Source of the DNA: an uncultured Candidatus Rokubacteria bacterium
GTDB taxonomy: Bacteria > Methylomirabilota > Methylomirabilia > Rokubacteriales > CSP1-6
Direction of reading: 5' to 3'
NCBI GenBank assembly: GCA_963754315.1
Contig: CAVWFS010000019.1
Location: 288,001-352,000 of the forward strand
Length of the DNA: 64,000 nucleotides
Shown here: positions 20,118 to 30,428 of the stretch, piece by piece
How positions within the stretch are numbered: position 1 is the stretch's first letter
How the letters are laid out: each line of letters opens with the position of its first letter
Translations under genes and position numbers: made by a program
Notes under the pieces: generated by a model
What the model was told of the DNA's origin: nothing
Seen by the model: the letters and a program-made list of their open reading frames with translations, nothing else
The model's database searches: none

Positions 20118-20291
20118 TCACCTTCCCTCCGCCGTGCTCGATACGAGCCCACGTCCCCGGAGGCCGCGCCCAGCCCTCGCGCCACCGATGGCGCGAACGA
20201 GGCCCCCCAGAGTGGCGGCCGCCGCCAGGCTCGCGACCGTCATGAGCATCAGTCCAACCACGAACAACATGCGCAGCTCGATCGCTGTCAT
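20118..20291 (-). CDS. Small (57 aa) putative single-pass membrane protein, not in the ORF track
   Basis: GGGAGGA RBS 6 nt before the ATG; MTAIELRMLFVVGLMLMTVASLAAAATLGGLVRAIGGARAGRGLRGRGLVSSTAEGR*. Confidence 0.55.
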   Translation of the reverse strand: MTAIELRMLFVVGLMLMTVASLAAAATLGGLVRAIGGARAGRGLRGRGLVSSTAEGR

Positions 20292-20375
20292 CTCGTTTCC
20301 TCCCTCTCACCGGTATGACCCCGGGCCAGCGGTGGTGTGAAATACTGTGTGGCGGACACGATCCGAGGGTTACGC

Positions 20376-21851
20376 ATGAATCAGGAGACGTCGCTCGGGA
20401 TGCTGATCGGCCGGCTCGCGCAGGCCCAGCCGGACCGGACGGCCATCACGTGTGCGGACGATAGCGTCTCGAGGGCCGAGCTGGAGGCGCGGACGAACCG
20501 CCTGGCTCGAGCCTATGGCGCGCTGGGCGTCACGCGCGATTCGTTCGTCACCATCGCCCTCTCCAACAGCATCGGCTTCTTCGAGGCGACCATCGCCGCC
20601 TGGAAGCTGGGCGCCACCCCCCAGCCGATCTCATCAAGCCTGCCCCTGGCCGAGCGCCGTGCCATCACCGAACTCGCGAATCCCTCGCTCGTGGTCGGGA
20701 TCGACCCGTCAGAAGCGCCCGGCCGCCCGTGTGTCCCTGCCGGCTTCACGCCCGACAGATCAATATCGCCGGATCCGCTACCGGCTCTCATTGCTCAGTC
20801 GTTCAAGGCGCCGACGTCTGGGGGAAGCACGGGACGCCCGAAGCTCATCGTCTCCACGCAGCGTGCTGCCTGGGAGCCGATCGCTGGATTTGCCGACTTG
20901 CTGCGGATTCCCCAGGGCGGCGTGCACCTGGTGACCGGCCCCCTCTACCACAACGGCCCCTTCACCACGTCTGTTCTGGCTCTGCTGAACGGCAACCACC
21001 TGGTCGTGATGCCACGCTTCGACGCGGCCCTCGCGTTGGCTCTCATCGAGCAGCACCGCGTGGACTGGATGTACGCGGTGCCAACGATGATGCACCGGAT
21101 CTGGCGACTGCCCGCCGCCGAGCGGTCGCGGTTCGACCTGTCGAGCCTGCGTGTTGTCTTTCACATGGCGGCTCCCTGCCCGGTCTGGCTCAAGGAGGCC
21201 TGGATCGGGTGGCTCGGGGGGGATCGCGTCCTCGAGCTGTACGGCGGAACAGAAGCCCAGGCGATCACCGTCATTTCCGGAAACGAATGGCTCGAGCACC
21301 GCGGTTCGGTTGGACGGGTCATCCTCGGCGAGATGCAGGTGCTCGATCCGGACGGCCACGAGCTGCCCCCCGGGCAGCTCGGCGAGATTTGGATGCGCCG
21401 CGGCACGGATGCGCCGGCCCCCTATCGATACGTCGGCGCCCTTGCGAAATCGCGATCAGGCCACTGGGAGTCGCTCGGCGACATGGGTCGCAAGGACGAG
21501 CAGGGTTACCTCTACCTCAGCGACCGGGATACCGACATGATCCTGGTCGGCGGCGCCAACGTCTATCCGGCCGAGGTGGAGGCGGCGCTCGACGAGCATC
21601 CTCAGGTCGCCTCGTCGTGCGTGATCGGGCTGCCCGACGAGGATTACGGTAACGTCGTGCACGCGATCGTGCAGACGCGAGACCCCCTCACCGCCTCGGA
21701 GCTCGAGGCGTTCCTGCGCTCGCGCCTGGCAAAGTACAAGGTCCCACGCACGTACGAGTTCGTGAGCACGCCGTTGCGTGGCGACGACGGGAAGGTCCGC
21801 CGCTCCTCGCTGCGTGCCGCACGCGCGCCACGAACGCGTGCGGGGCGATGA
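20376..21851 (+). CDS. Acyl-CoA synthetase/AMP-binding protein (BaiB-like subfamily)
   Basis: TSGGSTGRPK P-loop, GPLYHNGP, ELYGGTE, GSVGR, LGDMG, GGANVYPAEVE, YKVPR. Confidence 0.9.
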   Translation: MNQETSLGMLIGRLAQAQPDRTAITCADDSVSRAELEARTNRLARAYGALGVTRDSFVTIALSNSIGFFEATIAAWKLGATPQPISSSLPLAERRAITELANPSLVVGIDPSEAPGRPCVPAGFTPDRSISPDPLPALIAQSFKAPTSGGSTGRPKLIVSTQRAAWEPIAGFADLLRIPQGGVHLVTGPLYHNGPFTTSVLALLNGNHLVVMPRFDAALALALIEQHRVDWMYAVPTMMHRIWRLPAAERSRFDLSSLRVVFHMAAPCPVWLKEAWIGWLGGDRVLELYGGTEAQAITVISGNEWLEHRGSVGRVILGEMQVLDPDGHELPPGQLGEIWMRRGTDAPAPYRYVGALAKSRSGHWESLGDMGRKDEQGYLYLSDRDTDMILVGGANVYPAEVEAALDEHPQVASSCVIGLPDEDYGNVVHAIVQTRDPLTASELEAFLRSRLAKYKVPRTYEFVSTPLRGDDGKVRRSSLRAARAPRTRAGR

Positions 21852-21911
21852 CAGTCAGGCGCTACCTCTCCGTCCGGCCGAGAACCAAACTGCCACCTAT
21901 CGAGCCCTGAG

Positions 21912-22175
21912 ATGAGCAAGCTCCGCCTTCTTCTTCGCGCGGGGGCCCGCCAGAACGTCCGCTTCGATGGAGAGACGCCGTTAATCTACGCCGCTCGTCT
22001 CGCCCGAGAGGAAGCCGTCCTCCAGCTGGTGGCCGCCGGCGCTGACGTCACGGCTCGGGATACAAAGGGGCGTACCGCGGTCGAGCACGCGCGGTCGAAA
22101 CGCCTGTCGATGGAGGTTCTGGCCGCCCTGGGCGAGCCCGGCTTGCGCAAGCGGACGCGCTGCCGCCGCGCCTGA
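21912..22175 (+). CDS. Short ankyrin-repeat protein, possibly a truncated remnant
   Basis: LRLLLRAGA, GETPLIYAA...LVAAGADVTARDTKGRTA match ankyrin consensus; no RBS seen. Confidence 0.6.
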   Translation: MSKLRLLLRAGARQNVRFDGETPLIYAARLAREEAVLQLVAAGADVTARDTKGRTAVEHARSKRLSMEVLAALGEPGLRKRTRCRRA

Positions 22176-22194
22176 GGCCGCGGCGGGCGGCAGA

Positions 22195-24595
22195 CTAGTA
22201 CGCGACGATGGGCAGGGCCGGAGCGCGCTCGGCGGGCGCTGCCTCCAGCGCCCAGCCGAGCACGTCTTCCACCGAATCGGCAAGTTTGAAGGTCATCACC
22301 TCTTGCACTGCGGGCGGGATGTCCTCGAGGAGGTTCTTCTCGTTCCGCTTCGGGAGGATGACCGTCCGCAGGCCGGCGCGATGGGCGGCCAGCACCTTCT
22401 CTTTGATGCCACCCACAGGCAGGACCCGTCCGGATAGGCTCACTTCACCGGTCATGGCGAGCCCGCCACGCACGGGTCGTCCGGTGAGCAACGAAACCAG
22501 GGCCGTGGTCATGGTGACACCGGCCGAAGGGCCGTCTTTGGGGATAGCGCCCGCCGGAACATGCACGTGGACGTCCGACTTCTCCCAGAAGTCGGAGGCA
22601 ATTCCGAGCGCGTCGGCGTGCGAGCGCACCCAGGACAGGGCGGCCTGCACCGATTCCTTCATGACGTCGCCCAACTGACCCGTCAGGGTGAGCGTACGCT
22701 TGCCATCCATGCGGCTAGCCTCGACGAAGAGCACGTCACCGCCGGCCGGCGTCCACGCAAGACCGACAACCACGCCCGGCACCCTGGTCCGCTCCTCCAC
22801 CTCCTCCAGCTCGAAGCGGGGCACACCGAGGAAGGTGGTGACGGTGTCGGGGGTCACCGTGACCGGTTCCGTGCGTCCCTCCGCCCACTGCCGCGCCACC
22901 TTGCGACAGACGCTAGCAACCTCGCGCTCGAGGTTCCGCACGCCCGCCTCGCGCGTATAGCCGCGCGCCAGCAAGCGCAGCGCCCCGGGTACGAAGGTGA
23001 TGCTCTCCCCTGCCACCAGCCCATGCTCGCTGCGCCTGCTTCGGCACCAGGTGCTTCTGGGCAATGGCGATCTTCTCCTCTTCGGTGTAGCCAGCCAGAG
23101 GGATGACCTCCATGCGGTCGCGCAGCGGAGGCGGGACCGCATCGATCACGTTGGCCGTGGTGATGAAGAGCACGCGCGACAGATCGAAGGCGACGTCGAG
23201 GTAGTGGTCCCGGAACGCCGCGTTCTGCTCGGGATCGAGCACCTCGAGCAGGGCGGAGGCGGGATCGCCCCGGAAGTCCATGCCGAGCTTGTCAATCTCA
23301 TCCAGCATGAACACGGCATTCTTGGAACCAGCCCGACGCAGACCTTGAATGACCTGCCCGGGCAGGGCGCCGATGTACGTCCGCCGATGGCCGCGGATCT
23401 CGGCCTCGTCTCGCATGCCGCCGAGCGAGATTCGATGGAACTTTCGGCCCATGGCCCGCGCGATGGAGCGGCCGAGGGAGGTTTTGCCGACACCTGGAGG
23501 TCCCACGAAGCAGAGGATGGGGTCCTTACCGTCGGGCTTCATCTTCCTCACCGCGAGGTACTCGAGGATGCGATCCTTGATCTTCTCCAGGCCCTCGTGG
23601 TCCTCGTCGAGGATCGCGCGCGCCGCCGCCAGATCGACGGCAGGCACCGGCTCATCCTTCCAGGGCATGGCGATGAGCCAGTCGAGATACGTGCGGGCCA
23701 CCGTGTACTCGGCGGCGGCAGGCGGCATCTTGGCCAGCCGATCCAGCTCACGAAGGGCCTCGGTCTTCGCCTCTTCGGTCATGCCGGCGGCGTCGATCTT
23801 CTCGCGTAGGCCATCGATCTCCTGGGTGCGGTCGTCACCTGAGCCGAGTTCCTTCTGTATGGCTTTGAGTTGCTCGCGCAAGTAGTACTCGCGCTGGCTC
23901 TTCGTCATCTCCGAGTGCACTTCGGACTGAATCTTCGAGCCGAGCTCGAGGACCTCCGCCTCCTTGCTGAGGGCGCCTACGACCTTCTGCAACCGCTCCT
24001 TGACGTTCAGGGTCTCCAGCAGCTCTTGCTTGAGCGACAACGCGAGTGCCGGCAGGGTGGCCGCCACCAGGTCGGCCAGGACGCTTGGGCTGGCGGCGGC
24101 ATTCTCCGTCACCGCGGCCAGCTCATCGGGCAAGGTGGGCGAGAGCGAGACGACCTTCTCGAACAGCGTGCTCGCGCTGCGCATGAGGGCCTGGGTCTCG
24201 AGATCGGAAGCGTCGTCGCCGGTCTCGGCGATGACCTCCACCCGCGCCCGCAGGAACGGTGTCTGTTCGACCAGCTCGACGACCCGGAACCGACCCAGCC
24301 CTTGCACGACCAGGCGCACGGTGCCGTCCTGCTGCTTGAGGACCTTGTGGATGACGGCAAAGGTGCCCACGCGATGGAGGCCTTCCAGGGTGGGCGCATC
24401 CTCGGCGGGATCGCGCTGCATGAGCGTGCCGATCAGCCGTCCCCCCTGCACGGCATCCTCGATGAGCCGCACTGAGGAAGCACGACCAGCCGCCAGAGGC
24501 ATGACCGCCTGCGGAAACAGCACGCTCCCCCGCAGGGGAAGAATGCCGAGAATGTCGGGAACCTTCATCTCACGTTCACGCTTGTCGTCAGCCAT
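22195..24595 (-). CDS. lon: ATP-dependent Lon protease, apparent +1 frameshift near 23032
   Basis: LON N-domain (ILPLRGSVLFP), GPPGVGKTS, LDEIDK, EAGVRNLER, PKDGPSAG catalytic Ser, GGIKEK catalytic Lys. The two track ORFs join by removing one base. Confidence 0.95.
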
Positions 24596-24613
24596 GGTGT
24601 CCTTTGTCTTTCG

Positions 24614-25000
24614 TCAGAACAGATCCACCGGCTGTAGCTGGCCGGAGGCGGCCTTGACGAGCGACTCCCGCGACTCGCGGGCTCCGCCCTTCTCCACGTC
24701 GGTGTCCGTCTCGTGCACGTACGTCACGAGATCCTGGATCTGCTTCTGCATATCGACCATCCGGCGTCTCATCTTTAGGATGATCTCCACGCCGGCCAGA
24801 TTCACTCCGAGGTCCCGCGTGAGGCGCAGCAAACGGGCCAGATCCTCCACATCCTCCTGGGAGTACATCCGGGTCCGCCCCACGCTTCGGCTCGGACGCA
24901 AGAGCCCCTTCTTCTCGTAGAAGCGCAGGGTCTGCGGGTGCACCTTCAGCATGTCGGCCACCACGCCGATCATGTAGAGTGGGCGGCTCCGGCTCGTCAC
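24614..25000 (-). CDS. hspR: MerR-family heat-shock repressor HspR
   Basis: YMIGVVADMLKVHPQTLRFYEKKGLLRPSRS.G.TRMYS, LTRDLGVNLAGVEII; directly downstream of dnaK-dnaJ. Confidence 0.9.
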   Translation of the reverse strand: MTSRSRPLYMIGVVADMLKVHPQTLRFYEKKGLLRPSRSVGRTRMYSQEDVEDLARLLRLTRDLGVNLAGVEIILKMRRRMVDMQKQIQDLVTYVHETDTDVEKGGARESRESLVKAASGQLQPVDLF

Positions 25001-25881
25001 TGCGCCCCGCCTTTGTACAGCGCCAGATCCTGGCGGGGTGTCATGGGAATGAGCCGCTCCAGATCGCGCACGAGCTCGTCTGTCCGTGCGTCGATTCCGC
25101 GCGGCATCTCCACGCGTACCGTGACGTAGAGGTCGCCCGGGCCCTCTCCCGTCAGACGCAGCAGACCTTGACCGCGCAGCCGGAAGACCTGACCGGATGC
25201 CGTTCCCGGTGGTACCACGACGACACTCTCACCGGTGGGGGTAGGAAGGGTGATGCGGGCGCCGCGAAGGGCCTCCCACACACTGATGGGAACCTCGCAG
25301 TGCACGCTGTCACCCTTGCGCGCGAAGAACGGATGCTCGCGCACACGCGTGCTGACCAGCAAATCGCCCCGCGGCCCGCCGAAGGGCCCCGCATGTCCTT
25401 CGCCGGGTACGCGCAACTGGGCGCCCGAATCGACCCCGGCCGGGATGGTCACGGTGAGCCGCTCGGTCGTGCGCCGCACGCCTCGTCCCTGGCACAGGGC
25501 GCAGCGCTGGCCCTCAACGTTGCCGGTGGCCCCGCACTCGACGCAGTCGGAAAAACGGGTGACGATCAGGGTGGGCTGCGCCCCGCCCGCCGCCTCCGCG
25601 AAGCTCAACTCCACCGTCACGTGCAGGTCGTCACCGCGGCGCCCCGCCCCCAGGGCCTCGCCGAGGAGGCTGGCACCGAACTGGTCATAGTGCTCGCGCG
25701 CGCGAGGGTCGCTGAGGATGCGGTAGGCTTCGCGGATCTCGGTGAAGAGACCGCGGGCACTCTCGTCCCACCAGTTCACGTCGGGGGAATACTGCCGCGC
25801 GAGGCGCTGGTACGCCCGGCGCACCTCGCGCGGCCCCGCCGTGGCGGTGATCCCCAGCACGGCGTAGTAGTCACGACGCAT
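24997..25881 (-). CDS. dnaJ: DnaJ/CbpA-like co-chaperone with atypical J-domain (SPD) and two CxxCxxxG repeats
   Basis: [40 protein letters not shown]...[17 protein letters not shown]. Confidence 0.85.
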   Translation of the reverse strand: MRRDYYAVLGITATAGPREVRRAYQRLARQYSPDVNWWDESARGLFTEIREAYRILSDPRAREHYDQFGASLLGEALGAGRRGDDLHVTVELSFAEAAGGAQPTLIVTRFSDCVECGATGNVEGQRCALCQGRGVRRTTERLTVTIPAGVDSGAQLRVPGEGHAGPFGGPRGDLLVSTRVREHPFFARKGDSVHCEVPISVWEALRGARITLPTPTGESVVVVPPGTASGQVFRLRGQGLLRLTGEGPGDLYVTVRVEMPRGIDARTDELVRDLERLIPMTPRQDLALYKGGAQ

Positions 25882-25884
25882 GGT

Positions 25885-27786
25885 TTACTTCTTGTCGCCC
25901 AAGTCCTCGAACTCGGCATCAACCACCTCGCCCTCCTTGGTCCCTCCGGGCGAGCCGCCGTCTTTCTTGTCCCCACCCTGCTGGGCCTGGGCCTCGCGAT
26001 ACATGATCTCCGCCAGCTTGTGGGAGGCCTGGGTGAGCGCTTGCTGGGCGCGCTTCATCCGCTCGACATCCTCGCTCTTCAACGCCTCGCGGGCCTCGGT
26101 CAGGGCATCGTCGACGGCCTTGCGGTCGGCGTCGGCCAGCTTGGACCCATGCTCACCGAGCGTCCGCTCGGTGGAGTACACCAGCGAGTCGGTCTGGTTG
26201 CGGACCTCGATCTCCTCCTTGTGCTTGGCATCGTCGGCCGCGTTCGCCTCCGCCTCGCGCACCATCTTCTCGACCTCGTCCTTGGTGAGGCCCGAGGAGG
26301 CGGTAATGGTGATGTTCTGCTGCTTGCCGGTGGCGTTGTCCTTGGCCGAGACGTTCAGGATGCCGTTGGCGTCGATGTCGAACGTCACCTCCACCTGCGG
26401 CATGCCGCGCGGAGCCGGCGGGATCCCCACCAGGTGGAATTTGCCAAGGGTGCGGTTGTCGCGCGCCATGGGCCGCTCGCCCTGGAGCACGTGCACCTCG
26501 ACCGAGGTCTGGCTGTCGGCGGCGGTGGTGAAGATCTCGCTCTTCTTCGTGGGGATCGTCGTGTTGCGGGTGATAAGCGGAGTCATCACGCCGCCCAAGG
26601 TCTCGATGCCCAGCGAGAGCGGGGTCACGTCAAGGAGGAGCAGGTCCTTCACTTCGCCCGTCAACACCGCGCCCTGCACGGCCGCCCCGACCGCCACCAC
26701 CTCGTCCGGGTTCACCCCCTTGTGAGGCTCCTTGCCGAACAGGGCCTTCACAGCCTCCTGCACCTTCGGCATGCGGATCTGCCCGCCGACGAGGATCACC
26801 TCGTCGATATCGCCGGGCGAGACGCCGGCGTCCTTCATGGCCTGGCGGCAGGGGCCGAGTGTGCGCTCTACCAGCTCGGCGGTAAGGGCCTCCAGCTTCG
26901 CGCGGGTCAACGTCATCACCAGGTGCTTGGGGCCACTGGCGTCGGCCGTGATGAAGGGCAGGTTGATCTCCGTTTGCACGGTGGTCGACAGCTCGCACTT
27001 GGCCTTCTCGGCCGCCTCCTTCAGGCGCTGGAGGGCCATGCGGTCCTTACGCAGATCGACACCGTTGTCCTTCTTGAACTCGTCAGCAATCCAGTCCATG
27101 ACCTGTTGGTCGAAGTCGTCACCGCCGAGGTGGGTGTCGCCGTTGGTAGCCTTGACCTCGAAGACCCCCTCGCCGATCTCCAGGATGGAGATGTCGAAGG
27201 TGCCGCCGCCCAGGTCGTACACTGCGATGGTCTCGTCCTTCTTCTTGTCGAGCCCGTAGGCGAGGGCAGCGGCGGTGGGCTCGTTGATGATGCGCAGGAC
27301 TTCCAGACCGGCGATCTTACCCGCGTCCTTGGTGGCCTGCCGCTGGCTGTCGTTGAAGTAGGCGGGCACGGTGATGACCGCCTGGGCCACCTTCTCCCCG
27401 AGGTACGCCTCGGCCGCCTCTTTCAGCTTGCGCAGGATCATGGCTGAGATCTCGGGTGGCGAAAATTGCTTGCCACGCACTTCAACCCGGGCGTCGCCAT
27501 TGCTCGCCTTGACGACCTTGTAGGGGACGAGTTTGGTCTCCTGCAGGACCTCGTCGTGCCGGCGGCCCATGAACCGCTTGATGGAAAAGACGGTGTTTTC
27601 GGGGTTCGTGATCGCCTGCCGCTTCGCGACCTGGCCTACCAACGTCTCGCCGTCCTTGGTGAACCCGACCACCGACGGGGTGAGCCGACTCCCTTCCTGG
27701 TTCGTGATGACCGACGGGTTGCCGCCCTCCACCACCGCGACGACGGAGTTCGTCGTCCCGAGATCGATTCCAATCACCTTTGCCAT
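25885..27786 (-). CDS. dnaK: Chaperone DnaK (Hsp70)
   Basis: [33 protein letters not shown]-terminal VVDAEFED. Confidence 0.98.
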   Translation of the reverse strand: MAKVIGIDLGTTNSVVAVVEGGNPSVITNQEGSRLTPSVVGFTKDGETLVGQVAKRQAITNPENTVFSIKRFMGRRHDEVLQETKLVPYKVVKASNGDARVEVRGKQFSPPEISAMILRKLKEAAEAYLGEKVAQAVITVPAYFNDSQRQATKDAGKIAGLEVLRIINEPTAAALAYGLDKKKDETIAVYDLGGGTFDISILEIGEGVFEVKATNGDTHLGGDDFDQQVMDWIADEFKKDNGVDLRKDRMALQRLKEAAEKAKCELSTTVQTEINLPFITADASGPKHLVMTLTRAKLEALTAELVERTLGPCRQAMKDAGVSPGDIDEVILVGGQIRMPKVQEAVKALFGKEPHKGVNPDEVVAVGAAVQGAVLTGEVKDLLLLDVTPLSLGIETLGGVMTPLITRNTTIPTKKSEIFTTAADSQTSVEVHVLQGERPMARDNRTLGKFHLVGIPPAPRGMPQVEVTFDIDANGILNVSAKDNATGKQQNITITASSGLTKDEVEKMVREAEANAADDAKHKEEIEVRNQTDSLVYSTERTLGEHGSKLADADRKAVDDALTEAREALKSEDVERMKRAQQALTQASHKLAEIMYREAQAQQGGDKKDGGSPGGTKEGEVVDAEFEDLGDKK

Positions 27787-27830
27787 TTCAGACTCCCTTC
27801 CCTCGTGATATCCGACCCCTGTGCCACTCT

Positions 27831-27874
27831 CTTGAGCGTAGTATGTATATATCAGGTTAGTGTACTCATGTCAA
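27831..27874 (-). promoter_or_regulatory. dnaK operon sigma70-type promoter with HAIR-like half-sites
   Basis: Minus strand TTGACA (27874-27869), 17 nt, TATATA (27851-27846) preceded by TGn. CTTGAGC (27831) and ACTCATG (27864) each match a HAIR half-site 6/7. Confidence 0.65.
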
Positions 27875-27945
27875 AGTAGAGGCGTAAGTAGCTCTTTTGA
27901 ATGGCGTTTTGGACGCACACTTCGGGGGGTGCTAGGGTAGCCGGG

Positions 27946-28611
27946 ATGAGACTTGGCTGTGGAGGGTGCCTGGGGACTCTGCTGTTCCTTGCCGTCTTGG
28001 GAGGGGGCGCTCTTGCCGTGATGTGGGCTGCTTCGCGCGCCATGGCGCCCCCTGAAACCGCCCCTTTACAGGGGACGGCGGAGGATGGGGTTCGGGCACA
28101 GCAGAAGTTCGTCGCGATCATGCGGGCTGGGATCGGCAAGCCTCGGGGCGAGCGAGCACCCCAGGAGCACGTCCTGTCGGAGGCCGAGATTAACGCGTTC
28201 CTGAACCGCCATCTGGGCGCCATCGGGGGCGTGCCGTTCGATCAGCTTGCGGTCCGCCTGGTGGGAGAAGGGATCGTCGAGGTCTTCGGCCGAGTTCCGC
28301 TTCGTCGGGCCTTTGGTGAAGGAGTGGCCGGGTTGATCGACTATCTGCCCGACTCGTGGACGACAGCCGTCGTGACCGTCCGGCTACGCGGTCCTCTCCG
28401 GCTCGAGACCGAGACGTCACCAGGACAGCCGAAGACTCTCCGCTTGGAGGTCACCGAGGCCTACGTTGGGCAGCAACAGGTTCCGGTTACAGCGGTCCAG
28501 TGGATGCTGGGGCCGGACGGTCGTCGACTCTTCACGCGGCTCCGGATTCCCCTGTCCGTGGAGAGGGTGACCATCGAGCGGCAGCGCGCCGTGATCCGGA
28601 CATTGTCGTAG
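27946..28611 (+). CDS. Hypothetical membrane-anchored protein
   Basis: N-terminal GCGGCLG plus a TM helix, then LSEAEINAFL; no family recognised with confidence. Confidence 0.65.
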   Translation: MRLGCGGCLGTLLFLAVLGGGALAVMWAASRAMAPPETAPLQGTAEDGVRAQQKFVAIMRAGIGKPRGERAPQEHVLSEAEINAFLNRHLGAIGGVPFDQLAVRLVGEGIVEVFGRVPLRRAFGEGVAGLIDYLPDSWTTAVVTVRLRGPLRLETETSPGQPKTLRLEVTEAYVGQQQVPVTAVQWMLGPDGRRLFTRLRIPLSVERVTIERQRAVIRTLS

Positions 28612-28620
28612 ACTTCTTCC

Positions 28621-29049
28621 TCACGGTTTCGGCTTCGTCGCCGCGACGTACCGGAGCTGGAGATCGTAGATGAGCCCCTCGATGATCTGCGTCTCCCGTT
28701 CGCTCCGGTTCCCCTGCGTTTTCTCGCGCAACAGGACGAGCAGATCGATCACGTCCGCGGCTGCTGCCGGATCCCGTCGTACTTGACCTGTTCCCGGATC
28801 GGGCGCATCGCCGAGGGCAACCACCGCTGAGCTGCCTAGCATCAGGAATAGGTCTTCCAGGCTCCGCTCGCCTGCCGACGGCGGGCGGCGACGCCGCTCG
28901 GGCCCCGGCTCCGGGGCAGGCGGCTGACCGAACGAAGACTCGGCCGGGCCAGGCTGGGCCTCGGGCGCCTGGGGCTCCGGCTCGTCGGCCTCGGCCCGTC
29001 GACGCCGATCGGTCACCTTGAACTCGTCGCCGGGGTCCGCGCCTGCCAT
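28621..29049 (-). CDS. DUF1844-family protein
   Basis: EFKVTDRRR, LGDAPDP.TG, IDLLVLLREKTQGN....E...IYDLQLRYV. Confidence 0.8.
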   Translation of the reverse strand: MAGADPGDEFKVTDRRRRAEADEPEPQAPEAQPGPAESSFGQPPAPEPGPERRRRPPSAGERSLEDLFLMLGSSAVVALGDAPDPGTGQVRRDPAAAADVIDLLVLLREKTQGNRSERETQIIEGLIYDLQLRYVAATKPKP

Positions 29050-29069
29050 CCCAATCCTCCCTGGTGCTG

Positions 29070-29075
29070 TATAAT
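29070..29075 (+). promoter_or_regulatory. Putative -10 box for mazG
   Basis: Perfect TATAAT 20 nt upstream of the mazG ATG in GC-rich context; no clear -35. Confidence 0.4.
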
Positions 29076-29095
29076 CGCATGCCTCAGGGTCCACG

Positions 29096-29896
29096 ATGAC
29101 GGAGTCCTCCGGCACTGTCTTCGAACAACTGCTTGCGATCATGGCGCGCCTGCGGGGCTCCGATGGCTGTCCCTGGGACCGCGAGCAGACTCGGGCGTCG
29201 CTCAAGCCCTTTCTCATTGAGGAAGCCTACGAGGTCCTCGAGGCCATCGACGCCGGTGACGACCAGGCGCTCGTCGAAGAACTGGGGGATCTGCTGTTTC
29301 AAGTGGTGTTCCACGCCCAGATCGGCGCGGAGACGGACGCCTTCGAGATGAAGGACATCCTCCAGCGCCTCTGCGAAAAGATGACCAGGCGTCATCCGCA
29401 TGTGTTCGGCGACATACGACTCGAGACGGCCCAGGCCGTCCTGGCTCAATGGGAGGCTATCAAGCAGCGCGAAGCCACCCGTACCGGCGGGAGCCGCTCG
29501 GTGATCGACGGCGTGCCCCGCGCGCTGCCCGCGCTCATTCGGGCCCAGCGTATGCAAAGCAAAGCGGCCCGGGTGAAGTTCGATTGGCCGGATGCGGGGT
29601 CCGCGTGGAAGAAGGTCCAGGAGGAAGTCGAGGAGGCAGGGGAAGCGTTGGCCTCGGGCGACCTTGGTCACTTCCGCGAGGAGTTGGGGGATTTGCTCTT
29701 TTCGGTCGTCAATGTGGCGCGGCTCTCGTCGATCGACGCCGAGGCCGCCTTGCAGGGCGCTATCGAGAAGTTCCGGCGGCGGTTCACGGACATGGAAGCG
29801 GCGCTGGCGGCGGAGGGTAAGTCCGTCGCGGCCGTGGGGCAAGGCGAGCTCGAAAGATCGTGGGAGGCCATGAAAGCGCGCGAGCGTCAGGGATGA
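29096..29896 (+). CDS. mazG: Nucleoside triphosphate pyrophosphohydrolase MazG
   Basis: GCPWDREQT, EEAYEV, EELGDLL (twice), RRHPHVFG, KFRRRF. Confidence 0.95.
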   Translation: MTESSGTVFEQLLAIMARLRGSDGCPWDREQTRASLKPFLIEEAYEVLEAIDAGDDQALVEELGDLLFQVVFHAQIGAETDAFEMKDILQRLCEKMTRRHPHVFGDIRLETAQAVLAQWEAIKQREATRTGGSRSVIDGVPRALPALIRAQRMQSKAARVKFDWPDAGSAWKKVQEEVEEAGEALASGDLGHFREELGDLLFSVVNVARLSSIDAEAALQGAIEKFRRRFTDMEAALAAEGKSVAAVGQGELERSWEAMKARERQG

Positions 29897-30426
29897 AACT
29901 CAAAATAGGACAGGCAACCATCTCGATTGAGCGGGGTGACATTACGGACTTCGAGGCCGACGCCCTCGTTAACGCTGCCAACTCCACCCTGGTCATGGGG
30001 GCCGGGGTGGCGGGCGCCCTCAAGCGCAAGGGCGGCGCCATCATCGAGGAAGAAGCCCTGCGTCAGGGCCCGATCGAGGTAGGCGAGGCGGTCATCACGA
30101 CCGGCGGCAATCTCATTGCTACCCACGTGATCCACGCCGCCGTGATGGGCCCCGATCTGAAAACCAACACCGGCATCATCACCGCCGCCACCAAGGCGGT
30201 CCTGGTCCTGGCCGACAAGCATCGCCTGGGGACAGTAGCCCTCCCCGCCTTCGGCACCGGGGTGGGCCACATCGCGCTCGCAGTCTCCGCCGAAGCCATG
30301 CTGGCCGCCGTCGTCGAGCACGTGAAGGGTGGCAAGAGCACCCTCAAGCGCGTCCGCTTCGTGCTGTATCTGGACGACGCCTACAAGGCCTTCACCGAGA
30401 CGCTGAAGCGCCTCGGCGGTTCGTAA
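29893..30426 (+). CDS. Macrodomain protein (ADP-ribose binding/hydrolase)
   Basis: GDIT..ADALVNAAN, GAGVAGAL, HVIHA, PAFGTGVG; ATGA overlap with mazG. Confidence 0.92.
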   Translation: MKLKIGQATISIERGDITDFEADALVNAANSTLVMGAGVAGALKRKGGAIIEEEALRQGPIEVGEAVITTGGNLIATHVIHAAVMGPDLKTNTGIITAATKAVLVLADKHRLGTVALPAFGTGVGHIALAVSAEAMLAAVVEHVKGGKSTLKRVRFVLYLDDAYKAFTETLKRLGGS

Positions 30427-30428
30427 GT

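Noticed and set aside
23020..23045. Programmed frameshift in lon
   Set aside because: No slippery heptamer seen, and similar indels recur across the window.
24614..24640. HspR C-terminus QLQPVDLF as a beta-clamp motif
   Set aside because: Spacing does not fit QL[SD]LF, and a hydrophobic tail is expected in HspR.
24979..27447. 822-aa ORF antisense to dnaK/dnaJ
   Set aside because: Long antisense ORFs opposite dnaK are a known codon-bias artefact in GC-rich genomes, and no motifs are recognisable.
29096..30426. MazG plus macrodomain as an anti-phage defence island
   Set aside because: Both look like ordinary housekeeping members (tandem-domain MazG, stand-alone macrodomain), with no toxin or defence gene adjacent.
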